DNA of 64,000 bases from Gaiellaceae bacterium (lineage in GTDB: Bacteria; Actinomycetota; Thermoleophilia; Gaiellales; Gaiellaceae). The position numbers and the translations under genes were made by a program. The notes beneath the pieces are model-generated. The model had not been told where the DNA came from and ran no database searches. It saw only the letters and a list, made by a program, of their open reading frames with translations. Of the stretch, positions 51,841 to 60,792 are shown piece by piece; position 1 is the first letter of the stretch, and each line of letters begins with the position of its first letter. The stretch is from the NCBI GenBank assembly GCA_035653395.1, contig DASRBX010000009.1, positions 3,692 to 67,691 on the forward strand. Direction: 5' to 3'.

Positions 51841-53457
51841 TCAGCTTTCCCGCTCGCGCGCATCGAATGTCTCCGTCAGGAGCTCCAGAATCCGTTCCTC
51901 GCCGGCGGGCTCCTCCTCGGCGGCCGGCGTCTCGCGCGCCTCGCCGAGCTCGAAGACGAGCTCGAGCCGCCGCCCCGTGACGTCGTACAGCGCGTCGGCG
52001 AGGAGGCCCGCGTTCTTCGGGTCGCGGGCGAGGTCGAGGTGGAACTGCGCGCTCGGCGGGAACTCGAGCGTGAGCGTGTCGCCGCTGAGCTCCGCCGGAT
52101 GCGCTTCGCGCAGGAGCGAGGCCGTCGGGATGCCGCCCCGCTCCTCGACCGCCGGAAGCACCGTCCGGGCCCACGCCTCCTGGAGCTGCGTCAGCTCGAG
52201 AGCCGGAGCCGCGGCGCCGACCGGCACGGGGACGGGCTCGGGCTCCGCCTCCGGCTCGGCGGGCGCCTCCTCGGCTTGTGACAGCCTGTCACTTGCAGGC
52301 TGTCGGGCCCCCGGAGCCGCGGCTCCCTGCTCGAGCCGCTCGAGGCGGAAGGCGATCGACTCGCGGGAGAGGTCGCTCGCCGGTCGCGTCACCTTGACGA
52401 GCGCGAGCTCGAGCGGCAGGCGCGGGTCGCCGCCCTGGCGCATGTCGTCGACCGCCACCGCGAGGAGGTCGACGAGGCGCAGCACCGTCGCCTCCCCGAG
52501 CTGGCCCGCCTGCGCCCGCAGCCGCTCGCGGGCCTCCTCGCTCGTCGCGGCTCCCTCGGGCACGTCGCCGAGATGCTGGGCGAGCATGAGCTGCCGCAGG
52601 TGCTCGATCAGGTCGAGCACGAGGCGGCCGAGATCGTGCCCGCGCTCGGACAGCTCCTCGACGTACGTGAGCGCGCCCGCGGTGTCGCGGTCGATCACGA
52701 GGTCGCAGAGCCGGAAGAGCGCTTCCTCCTCGACCGTCCCCAGCAGCTCGAGCACCGCCGGCACCGTCACCTTGTTCCCGGTCGCCGAGCCGAGCTGGTC
52801 GAGTGTCGAGACCGCGTCGCGATAGGCGCCGCGTCCGCTCCGCGCGATGAGCGCGAGGGCCGGCTCGGGTGCGTCGATCCCCTCGGCGTCCGCGATCTGG
52901 CGCAGCACCTGGACGAGATCCTGCAGCCGGGGGCGCTGGAAGACGAACGTCTGGCAGCGCGAGCGGACGGTCGGCAGCACCTTCGAGAGGTCGGTCGTGC
53001 AGAACACGAAGACGAGGTGCGGCGGCGGCTCCTCGATCAGCTTGAGGAGCGCGTTCCAGGCCGCATCCGTGAGCTGATGCGCCTCGTCGAGGATGTAGAC
53101 CTTGTAGCGCCCCTCGACCGGCTGCAGGACGACCCGGTCGCGGATCTCGCGGATGTCGTCGATGCCGCGCTGGGAGGCGGCGTCCATCTCGATCACGTCG
53201 AGAGACGTGCCGGCGCCGATCGCGCGGCACGCGTGGCATGTGCCGTCGGGTGTCGTCGTCGGGCCCTGCGCGCAGTTGAGGCACTTGGCGAGGATGCGCG
53301 CCATCGAGGTCTTGCCGGTGCCGCGCGGGCCCGCGAAGAGATAGGCCTGGCGCACCGCCTCGGTCGCGATCGCGTTCGACAGCGTCCGGACGACCGGCTC
53401 CTGCCCGACGACCTCCTCGAAGCTCTGAGGACGGTATTTCCGGTAGAGCGCGGGCAC
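51841..53457 (-). CDS. dnaX: DNA polymerase III subunit gamma/tau
   Basis: (M)PALYRKYRPQSFEEVVGQE, GPRGTGKTS, and the zinc module CNCAQGPTTTPDGTCHAC. Start moved to GTG 53457 because the track's start lies inside the SRP RNA. Confidence 0.9.
   Translation of the reverse strand: MPALYRKYRPQSFEEVVGQEPVVRTLSNAIATEAVRQAYLFAGPRGTGKTSMARILAKCLNCAQGPTTTPDGTCHACRAIGAGTSLDVIEMDAASQRGIDDIREIRDRVVLQPVEGRYKVYILDEAHQLTDAAWNALLKLIEEPPPHLVFVFCTTDLSKVLPTVRSRCQTFVFQRPRLQDLVQVLRQIADAEGIDAPEPALALIARSGRGAYRDAVSTLDQLGSATGNKVTVPAVLELLGTVEEEALFRLCDLVIDRDTAGALTYVEELSERGHDLGRLVLDLIEHLRQLMLAQHLGDVPEGAATSEEARERLRAQAGQLGEATVLRLVDLLAVAVDDMRQGGDPRLPLELALVKVTRPASDLSRESIAFRLERLEQGAAAPGARQPASDRLSQAEEAPAEPEAEPEPVPVPVGAAAPALELTQLQEAWARTVLPAVEERGGIPTASLLREAHPAELSGDTLTLEFPPSAQFHLDLARDPKNAGLLADALYDVTGRRLELVFELGEARETPAAEEEPAGEERILELLTETFDARERES
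52275..52295 (-). repeat. Copy 4 (variant) of the 21-bp element (minus strand CAAGTGACAGGCTGTCACAAG)
   Basis: Perfect 7+1+7 inverted repeat GTGACAG-G-CTGTCAC with the same CAAG flanks. It lies in the dnaX linker, read as S-D-R-L-S-Q in the same phase as copies 1 and 2. Confidence 0.75.
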
Positions 53458-53474
53458 GTGCCGATTCAAGCAGA

Positions 53475-53571
53475 GGGCCAGGCGCACCGCACACCTGGGA
53501 GTGACCACTTAGCGCTGCTTCCTCCCGGATCTGACGCGGTTCGCAGGCTCCCACTGCACGGCGCCTGGCCC
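53475..53571 (-). ncRNA. ffs: Small (4.5S-type) signal recognition particle RNA
   Basis: The minus strand contains GUCAGAUCCGGGAGGAAGCAGCG, the domain IV consensus. Terminal helix GGGCCAGGCGC/GCGCCUGGCCC. Classic position upstream of dnaX. Confidence 0.8.
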
Positions 53572-53596
53572 GGGCCGAGTGTAGCCTCCGCCGTCG

Positions 53597-54250
53597 ATGC
53601 CCGACGACGCCCGCCGCGCCCTGCTGACGAGGTTCTTCGACCACGCGCCGATGTTCCCGCCGGCGAGCCTGCCGCCCGAGGAGGCGCTCGCCGAGGACCG
53701 CCGCGCGCGGGAGAGCGAGCACGCGTGGATGCTCGGCCGGCTCGTCTGGCCCGCGGCGCGGCTCTCGGAGCTGCCGCAGGACGAGGGCCGCGCGCTCGCG
53801 GTCGTCGACGCCGGAAGCGAGCGCCAGGACGAGGCCGTCTATCTCGAGGGCGTCCCGCTCGACGAGATCGCGGCCCGCGGACTGCGCGCGAAGATCCGCT
53901 GCGGCGGGGAGCGCGTCCCGACGGTCGAGGAGCTCGCGGAGCTCGTCCGCGGCTGCCGGTCGCGGGGCCTCGTCTTCAAAGCGACCGCGGGGCTCCACCA
54001 CGCCTACCCGACCGAGCAGGGAGGGCACGGCTTCCTCAACCTGCTCGCGGCCGCGGTCTTCGGCGACGAGGAGGAGGCGCTGCGCGAGAGGCCGCCCGCG
54101 TTCGCCCTCGACGCGACGTCGTTCCGCTGGCAGGACCAGGAGGCGTTGCCGGCCCGCATCGCCGACGTTCGCGCCTCGCTCTTCCACTCGATCGGCACCT
54201 GCTCGTTCTTCGAGCCGCTCGAGGAGCTCGAACGGCTGGGGATCCTGTGA
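53597..54250 (+). CDS. Hypothetical conserved protein
   Basis: 217-aa ORF with good codon bias, GTGA-coupled to the fumarylacetoacetase gene. No family recognised. Confidence 0.5.
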   Translation: MPDDARRALLTRFFDHAPMFPPASLPPEEALAEDRRARESEHAWMLGRLVWPAARLSELPQDEGRALAVVDAGSERQDEAVYLEGVPLDEIAARGLRAKIRCGGERVPTVEELAELVRGCRSRGLVFKATAGLHHAYPTEQGGHGFLNLLAAAVFGDEEEALRERPPAFALDATSFRWQDQEALPARIADVRASLFHSIGTCSFFEPLEELERLGIL

Positions 54251-55302
54251 GCTTCGGCGCCGGCGCGAGCGGGTTGCTGTGGCGGGAGGGGGAGGAGGCC
54301 GTCGACCTCTCGGGGCTGGGGGACGTCTTCGCGAGACCGACGCTGAACGAGCTGCTCGCCGCCGGTCCGTCGGCGTGGCGGGAGGCGATCGCCGCAGCCC
54401 GCTCCCACGACGGGCCGCGCGTCGCCCTCGTCGAGGCCCCCCTGCGCCTCCCGTTCGACGTCGCGGACTACGTCGACTTCTACTCCTCGCTCGAGCATGC
54501 GACGAACCTCGGCCGCATGTTCCGCCCCGATCAGGAGCCGCTGCTGCCGAACTGGCGCTGGCTGCCCGTCGCCTACCACGGCCGCGCCGGCAGCGTCGTC
54601 GTCAGCGGCACGGACGTCGTGCGGCCGAAGGGTCAGCGCAAGGCGCCCGACGAGGAGGCGCCGACCTTCGGGCCGACGCGCCGCCTCGACTTCGAGCTCG
54701 AGCTCGGCTTCGTCGTGGGCGTCGGCACGGAGCTCGGGCAGACGGTCGCGGTGGAGGCATTCGCCGAGCACGTCTTCGGCGTCGTCCTCGTCGACGACTG
54801 GAGCGCGCGCGACATCCAGGCGTGGGAGTACGTGCCGCTCGGCCCCAATCTCGGCAAGTCGTTCCAGACCTCGATCTCGGCCTGGGTGACGCCGCTGGCG
54901 CTGCTCGACGACGCGCGGGTCGAGGCGCCGCCCCAGGAGCCGCCGCCGCTGCCACACCTCGCGGGCGGCCGCGACTGGGGGCTCGACGTCGCGCTCGAGG
55001 TGGAGCTGAACGGCGAGACGATCTCGCGCGGCAACGCGCGGACCCTCTACTGGACGCTGCCGCAGCAGCTTGCGCACGCGACCTCGAACGGCGCGCCGCT
55101 TCGCAGCGGCGACCTGATGGCGTCGGGAACGATTTCCGGACCCGAGCCCGGCTCCGAGGGCTCGATGATCGAGCTCTTCCACGGCGAGCGCTTCCTCGAG
55201 GACGGCGACGAGGTCGTCCTGCGCGGACGCGCGGCGAACGGCCTGGAGCTCGGCGAGGTGCGCGGACGCGTCCTCCCCGCGCGTCCGGTCCCTCGCGATT
55301 GA
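54247..55302 (+). CDS. Fumarylacetoacetase (FAH) family hydrolase
   Basis: DYVDFYSS.EHATN, LDFELELG, and WSARDIQAWEYVPLGP..GKSF motifs. GTG 54247 is in frame. Confidence 0.85.
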   Translation: MSFGAGASGLLWREGEEAVDLSGLGDVFARPTLNELLAAGPSAWREAIAAARSHDGPRVALVEAPLRLPFDVADYVDFYSSLEHATNLGRMFRPDQEPLLPNWRWLPVAYHGRAGSVVVSGTDVVRPKGQRKAPDEEAPTFGPTRRLDFELELGFVVGVGTELGQTVAVEAFAEHVFGVVLVDDWSARDIQAWEYVPLGPNLGKSFQTSISAWVTPLALLDDARVEAPPQEPPPLPHLAGGRDWGLDVALEVELNGETISRGNARTLYWTLPQQLAHATSNGAPLRSGDLMASGTISGPEPGSEGSMIELFHGERFLEDGDEVVLRGRAANGLELGEVRGRVLPARPVPRD

Positions 55303-55433
55303 GCGCCTGTCGCCCGGTCAGGAGCCTCCGGAACCCAGCTGATGCTTCGTGGTCCTCTGCTTGACACACGGCCCGGTTGCCGCTTGAGTCGGGAGCATCC
55401 CCCGACGTCGCAGGGGGGCACCCAGGAGGGACG

Positions 55434-55913
55434 ATGAAACGGTTTCTGATGCTGGTCGCGGTGGCGGTGGTGGCCGCGAGCATGTACGTCGCGGCCTCGC
55501 CGGCGGGCCCGCAGGCGAGCGGGCCGACGGCGAGGCAGTTCAAGGCGCTCCAGAAGCAGGTGAAGACCCTGAGCAAGGACCTGAAGAAGCTCAAGACGGA
55601 CGAGAGCCAGGTGAAGAAGGCGGCGAACGCGGCCGTCCTCTACATCGGGGCGTGCTTCTTCGTCCCCAACACGAGCACGATCGCCTCGCTCCCGGTGAGC
55701 CAGTTCGGCAGCGCGAGCGCCGGCTTCCTGTTCGGAACGAGCGCGGCCGCCGCGACTCCGCGCACCGCGCTCGACGTCAACACGAGCACTCCGTCGGCGC
55801 ACCTCCAGGAAGTCAACGCCGCCTGCGTCAGCGGCAGCTCGACCGCGCTGCGGCACGACACCGGTCGCGTGGCGGGCACCCGCCTGCGGCTCTGGGCACA
55901 GCGCGGTCGGTGA
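55434..55913 (+). CDS. Secreted hypothetical protein
   Basis: AGGAGG RBS, signal peptide MKRFLMLVAVAVVAASMYVAA, and a Lys-rich coiled segment. Confidence 0.55.
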   Translation: MKRFLMLVAVAVVAASMYVAASPAGPQASGPTARQFKALQKQVKTLSKDLKKLKTDESQVKKAANAAVLYIGACFFVPNTSTIASLPVSQFGSASAGFLFGTSAAAATPRTALDVNTSTPSAHLQEVNAACVSGSSTALRHDTGRVAGTRLRLWAQRGR

Positions 55914-55923
55914 GACAGCGAAA

Positions 55924-55961
55924 GGGGAGGACGGTCGCGTCGCCGGCCGCCCTCCCCGTTT
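55924..55961 (+). terminator. Rho-independent terminator candidate
   Basis: GGGGAGGaCGG-N12-CCGcCCTCCCC followed by GTTT. It lies between the secreted-protein gene and tRNA-Val. Confidence 0.5.
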
Positions 55962-55978
55962 CCACGTGTTCGGGGGAG

Positions 55979-56050
55979 TGGGCGCGGCTGGGATCGAACC
56001 AGCGACCCCTCGCGTGTGAAGCGAGTGCTCTCCCGCTGAGCTACGCGCCC
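55979..56050 (-). tRNA. tRNA-Val (anticodon CAC)
   Basis: Hand-folded cloverleaf. Acceptor GGGCGCG/CGCGCCC, anticodon loop TTCACAC, T-loop GGTTCGATCC. Confidence 0.9.
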
Positions 56051-56111
56051 TTCGGGGGCGGATTGTAGCCCCGTTCCGATTGCGAATCGGAGGCCGGGGC
56101 ATCACGCGCCC

Positions 56112-56753
56112 ATGCCCTCCGTTCCCGCGTTTCTCTCCGCGCGCGCGATGCGGCGGCTCAACGTCGGCCTCGCGCTCTGGGCCGCGTTCTGGATCGGGAT
56201 CGCGGCATACACCGCCTACGAGGTGGCGGCGCTGCGGGCGCTCAGCCACACCGTCGTCAAGGCGGGCGCCGCGACGGAGTCGACCGGCCACGCGCTCGCG
56301 ACGGTCGGGAACCTCCCGTTCGTCGGCGGCCGGATCTCGCACCTCGCGGCGCAGGCGGTCGCCGCCGGCGCCAGCGCCCGGACGAGCGGCGCCTCGACGG
56401 CCACGACCATCGACCGGCTCGCGATCCTGCTCGGGATCGCGATCGCGCTCATCCCGACCGTGCCTCTCCTCGCGCTCTACCTCCCGCTCCTCTTGAGCTG
56501 GCGCCGCGACCGCAACGCCGTCCGCAGCGCGGTCGCGACCTGGGACGGCGAGCCCGAGCTCGAGGCGTTCCTCGCACGCCGGGCGCTCGCGCACCTGCGG
56601 TTCGACGAGCTCCGCGCGCTCGGCTACGACGGCACCGACTCCTCGCCGCCGAAAGCCGAGCTGGCCGCGGCGGAGCTGCGGCGCCTCGGCCTCGACAGGC
56701 CGGCGCGTCGGGTCTCCGCGCGCCGCGGGCCGCGGCAACCGGTGGCACGGTGA
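56112..56753 (+). CDS. Hypothetical membrane protein
   Basis: Two TM segments. Its stop overlaps the MMPL gene start. Confidence 0.5.
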   Translation: MPSVPAFLSARAMRRLNVGLALWAAFWIGIAAYTAYEVAALRALSHTVVKAGAATESTGHALATVGNLPFVGGRISHLAAQAVAAGASARTSGASTATTIDRLAILLGIAIALIPTVPLLALYLPLLLSWRRDRNAVRSAVATWDGEPELEAFLARRALAHLRFDELRALGYDGTDSSPPKAELAAAELRRLGLDRPARRVSARRGPRQPVAR

Positions 56754-59050
56754 TCGAGCAGAAACCGCGTCGCCCGCCCGGGCGGCCGGAGAGCGGCGCG
56801 GCAGAACCATCCGGGCCGCCGCCGGCGGGACGCCTCGCGCGCGGCTACGCCGCCGTAGTGGTCTGGCTCGCACCCCTCCTCGTGCTCGCGGTGGCGGCGG
56901 CCGCGTACGGCGCCTATCGCCACCTGCCGTCCATCGCCTCCGCACCCACGGCGACGAGCGACGCGCTCCTCCCCAGGCACCCCGAGGCACTCGCGGTGGA
57001 GCGTGAGTCGGCACGGCTCTTCGGAGCCCCCGTGGCGACCCCGTACGTGGTCGTCCAGCGCAATCCCCACGGGCTCTCTCCGCGCGTGCAGCGCGCGAGC
57101 ATCGCCAAGGCGGTCGCCGTGGACAGGGGGCAAGTGCCCTCGCTGCGAGGGATCGTCGCCGTGCCGGTGCTGAACACGCTGGGGATCGTCCCCTCGTCGC
57201 GCGAGCACGGCACGACGATCGTCACGTTCCTCTACTTCCCGCACACGACGCCCGGCGGCCTCGGCTTCAGCGACTCGCAGCGCTACGCGCGGTACCTCGG
57301 CCCGCAGCTCGACGCCGTCGGGGCGACCGGCGCCGAAGGAGCCCGGATCGAGCAGTTCGACCTGCTCGCGAGCCGGATCCACTGGGTGGAGGGAGCGACC
57401 GTCCTGCTGATCGTGCTCATCGTGGGCCTCGCGCTGCGGGCGGTGCTGGCACCGATCGTGACGGTGCTCTGCGCCGGAGTCGCCTTCCTGATCTCGCAAC
57501 ACCTCCTCGGCTGGCTGGAGGCGAACTCGAACCTGACGATGCCGAACGAGCTGCAAGGAGTTGCCGTCGCCCTGATGCTCGGCATCGTCACCGACTATTC
57601 GGTCTTCTACTTCACGAGCGCGCGCGAGGCGCTGCGGGACGGGATGCCGACCCGCGAGGCCGTCCGCATCTCGACGTTCGTCAACACGCCGATCGTGTTC
57701 ACCGCCGGGGCCGTCGTCTCGTTCGGCGTCGCCTCGCTCATGCTCGGGACGCTCGCCTTCTTCCGCTCCTTCGGCCCGGGAATGGCGATCACGGTGGCGA
57801 CGGGGCTCCTCGTCTCGGTGCTGCTCGTGCCCGCCATGCTGCGGCTGCTCGGTCCTGCGCTCTTCTGGCCGGGGCTCCGGCAAGGACCGCCGCCGGTGCG
57901 GGAATGGCGGAGGAAGGTGACGCGCTTCGCGACCACCAAGCCGGTGGCGCTCGTGCTCGCGCTCGCCGTCTTCGCCGCGCTCGCGGCGGCGGCGTCCGGC
58001 CTGCGCAACGGTCTGCCGCTCGGGCTCCAGCTCGTCCAGGGCCTTCCGTCGGACAACCCGGTCGCCGTGGCGGCCGGCGCCGCCGGGAAGGGCTTCGCGC
58101 CGGGGGTCGTGTCGCCCACCGAGCTGCTGCTCAAGGCCTCGGGCATCCAGAACCGGCGTGCGGCGCTCGACCGGCTCGAGGCGGCGCTCGAGCGGCAGCC
58201 GCACGTCGCGGGGGTCGTCGGCGCGGGCGACCAGCCGACCGGCCGGCGGTTCGGCGGCGCGTTCGCGCCGCGAGGAGGTGCCGCGCGTTACGCGATCATC
58301 TTCGACGGAGACCCCACGGAGGCGCCGGCGATCCGCCACCTCGAGCGGCTCCAGAAGACGCTGCCCGTCCTGCTCCGGCGCTACGGGCTCGGCGGGGCGA
58401 GCGTCGGGTGGGGCGGCGAGACGGCCCTCGGCGTCGAGACCGTGCGGGCGACCGACACCTCCCTCTGGCGTGTGATCGCCGTGGCGTTCGCGGTCAACTT
58501 CGTGTTCCTCGTGCTCTTCCTGCGCTCGCTCTTCGCGCCGCTCTATCTCCTCGTCGCGAGCGCGGCCGCGCTGGCGGCGACGTTCGGCCTCACGATCTAC
58601 TTCTTCACGAACGTCCTCGGCGACAGCGGGCTCCCGTACTACATCCCGGTCGCGTTCTCGGTGCTGCTGCTCTCGCTCGGCTCCGACTACAACATCTTCG
58701 TCGTCGGGCGGGTCTGGGCGGAGGCCGACCGCCGGTCGCTGCGGGACGCCGTCGCGGCGGCCGCGCCGCGCGCCGGCCGCGCGATCACCGTCGCGGGCGT
58801 GGCGCTCGCGCTGAGCTTCGCCATGCTCGCGATCATCCCGATCACGCCGTTCGCCGTGATGGCGTTCGCGATGGCGGCCGGCATCCTGCTCGACACGTTC
58901 CTCGTGCGCTCGGTGCTCGTGCCCGCGCTCGTCGTGGTCTTCGGCCGCGCCGGCCGCTGGCCGCGCCGCAGCCCCGTGGCCGAGCCGGAGTACGTAACCG
59001 AAGCCCCGAGTGGGTCGTTCCAGCCTCAAACCCACGGGAGGCGAACATGA
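56750..59050 (+). CDS. MMPL-family (RND superfamily) transporter
   Basis: Two 6-TM bundles separated by soluble domains. LGIVTDYSVFY and LSLGSDYNIFVV motifs. Confidence 0.85.
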   Translation: MIEQKPRRPPGRPESGAAEPSGPPPAGRLARGYAAVVVWLAPLLVLAVAAAAYGAYRHLPSIASAPTATSDALLPRHPEALAVERESARLFGAPVATPYVVVQRNPHGLSPRVQRASIAKAVAVDRGQVPSLRGIVAVPVLNTLGIVPSSREHGTTIVTFLYFPHTTPGGLGFSDSQRYARYLGPQLDAVGATGAEGARIEQFDLLASRIHWVEGATVLLIVLIVGLALRAVLAPIVTVLCAGVAFLISQHLLGWLEANSNLTMPNELQGVAVALMLGIVTDYSVFYFTSAREALRDGMPTREAVRISTFVNTPIVFTAGAVVSFGVASLMLGTLAFFRSFGPGMAITVATGLLVSVLLVPAMLRLLGPALFWPGLRQGPPPVREWRRKVTRFATTKPVALVLALAVFAALAAAASGLRNGLPLGLQLVQGLPSDNPVAVAAGAAGKGFAPGVVSPTELLLKASGIQNRRAALDRLEAALERQPHVAGVVGAGDQPTGRRFGGAFAPRGGAARYAIIFDGDPTEAPAIRHLERLQKTLPVLLRRYGLGGASVGWGGETALGVETVRATDTSLWRVIAVAFAVNFVFLVLFLRSLFAPLYLLVASAAALAATFGLTIYFFTNVLGDSGLPYYIPVAFSVLLLSLGSDYNIFVVGRVWAEADRRSLRDAVAAAAPRAGRAITVAGVALALSFAMLAIIPITPFAVMAFAMAAGILLDTFLVRSVLVPALVVVFGRAGRWPRRSPVAEPEYVTEAPSGSFQPQTHGRRT

Positions 59051-60792
59051 ACCCAACGGCGTCCGAGACTGCACTAGCCCGGCGCCCGACCGGCGCCCCG
59101 GCTGCCCGACGTACCGGCCTCCGCCGCGAGATCGGCTTCATCGGCCTGCTCTGGGCTTCTGCCGGCTCGATCATCGGCTCCGGCTGGCTGTTCGGCGCGC
59201 AGAAGGCGCTCATCGCGGCCGGCCCGGCGGCGATCGTGTCGTGGGGGATCGGCGCGCTCGCCATCTTCTTGCTCGCGCTGACCCACGCGGAGCTCGGCGG
59301 GATGTGGCCCGTCGCCGGCGGCACGGCGCGCTTCCCGCACTACGCCTTCGGAGGCGGCGCCGGCGCGTCGTTCGGCTGGTTCTCGTGGCTGCAGGCGGCA
59401 ACGGTCGCGCCGATCGAGGTGCTGGCGATGATCACCTACGGCCAGCACTACTCGTTCGCCCGGCACTGGATGAAGACGAGCACCGGCGGCACGAGCGTGC
59501 TCACCGCGCAGGGGATCGTGGCCGCGGTCGTCCTGATGGCGATCTTCACGTCGATCAACTTCCTCGGGATCCGCAAGCTCGCGCACACGAACAGCGCGGC
59601 GACGTGGTGGAAGGTCGGCGTGCCGCTGCTGACGATCTTCGTGCTCGGCATCGTCAACTTCCACACGAGCAACTTCACGGCGGCCAACGGGTTCAGCCCG
59701 TTCGGCGCCAAGGGCGTGCTCGCCGCCGTCTCGACGAGCGGCATCATCTTCGCGCTGCTCGGCTTCGAGCAGGCCGACCAGCTCGCCGGCGAGAGCGCCA
59801 GGCCGAAGCGCGACATCCCGCGGGCCGTGATCCTCTCGGTCGTCATCGGCGCGGTCATCTACATCGCGCTGCAGGTGATCTTCCTCGGCGCGCTGCCCGG
59901 CTCGCAGATCGGGCACAGCTGGGCGAAGGGCGCCTACACGACGATGACCGGCCCGTTCGCGCAGATCGCCACGCTCGTGGGCGTCGGCTGGCTCGCGACG
60001 ATCCTCTACGTCGACGCGATCATCTCGCCGGGAGGCACCGGCCTGATCTACACGACGTCGAGCTCGCGCGTCTCGTACGGCCTGAGCCGCAACGGCTACT
60101 TCCCGACGATCTACGAGGCGACCGACCGGCGCGGCGTGCCGTGGTTCGGCCTCATCACCGCGTTCGTCGTGGGCTGCGTCTGCTTCCTGCCGTTCCCGAG
60201 CTGGACGTCGCTCGTCGGGCTCATCACCGCGGCGAGCGTGCTCATGTACGCGGGCGCCCCGCTCGCCTTCGGCGTCTTCCGCAGGCGGCTGCCGAACGCC
60301 GAGCGGCCGTGGCGCGCGCCGTTCGGGCCCGTGCTCGCGCCGCTCGCGTTCGTCGTGGCGAACCTGCTCATCCTCTGGTCGGGCTGGAACACCGACTGGC
60401 GCCTCGGCGTCGCGATCTCGATCGGCTACTTCATCCTCGTCGCGACGCGCGTGCTGAACCTCAACGCGAAGTCGCCCCAGCTCGACCTCAAGGCTGCGAG
60501 CTGGCTCCCGTTCTACCTCGTCGGGATGGGCGTGATCGTCTACCTCAGCGACTTCGGGCCGATGAAGAGCCCGATCTTCCCGCTCTGGTGGGACATCGTG
60601 GCCGTCGCGATCTTCAGCGTGATCATCTACTACTGGGCGATGGCCGTCGCCCTGCCGGCCGAGCGGATCGAGGAGATGATCGGCGACGTCGTCCTGCCCG
60701 AGGAGGAAGGCATCGGCGCGGCCGACGAGCCGATGGCCCGCGAGGGCGAGCCGCTGCGGCGCGAGGACGAGCCGCTCACGCGGGACGTCTGA
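59047..60792 (+). CDS. APC-superfamily amino acid permease
   Basis: GLLWASAGSIIGSGWLFG and about 12 TM segments. ATGA overlap with the MMPL stop. Confidence 0.8.
   Translation: MNPTASETALARRPTGAPAARRTGLRREIGFIGLLWASAGSIIGSGWLFGAQKALIAAGPAAIVSWGIGALAIFLLALTHAELGGMWPVAGGTARFPHYAFGGGAGASFGWFSWLQAATVAPIEVLAMITYGQHYSFARHWMKTSTGGTSVLTAQGIVAAVVLMAIFTSINFLGIRKLAHTNSAATWWKVGVPLLTIFVLGIVNFHTSNFTAANGFSPFGAKGVLAAVSTSGIIFALLGFEQADQLAGESARPKRDIPRAVILSVVIGAVIYIALQVIFLGALPGSQIGHSWAKGAYTTMTGPFAQIATLVGVGWLATILYVDAIISPGGTGLIYTTSSSRVSYGLSRNGYFPTIYEATDRRGVPWFGLITAFVVGCVCFLPFPSWTSLVGLITAASVLMYAGAPLAFGVFRRRLPNAERPWRAPFGPVLAPLAFVVANLLILWSGWNTDWRLGVAISIGYFILVATRVLNLNAKSPQLDLKAASWLPFYLVGMGVIVYLSDFGPMKSPIFPLWWDIVAVAIFSVIIYYWAMAVALPAERIEEMIGDVVLPEEEGIGAADEPMAREGEPLRREDEPLTRDV

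Noticed and set aside
52260-52300. Programmed frameshift or transcriptional slippage producing a gamma subunit of DnaX at the hairpin.
   Set aside because: There is no slippery heptamer or homopolymer run near the hairpin, and the same element occurs in ispD and accA.
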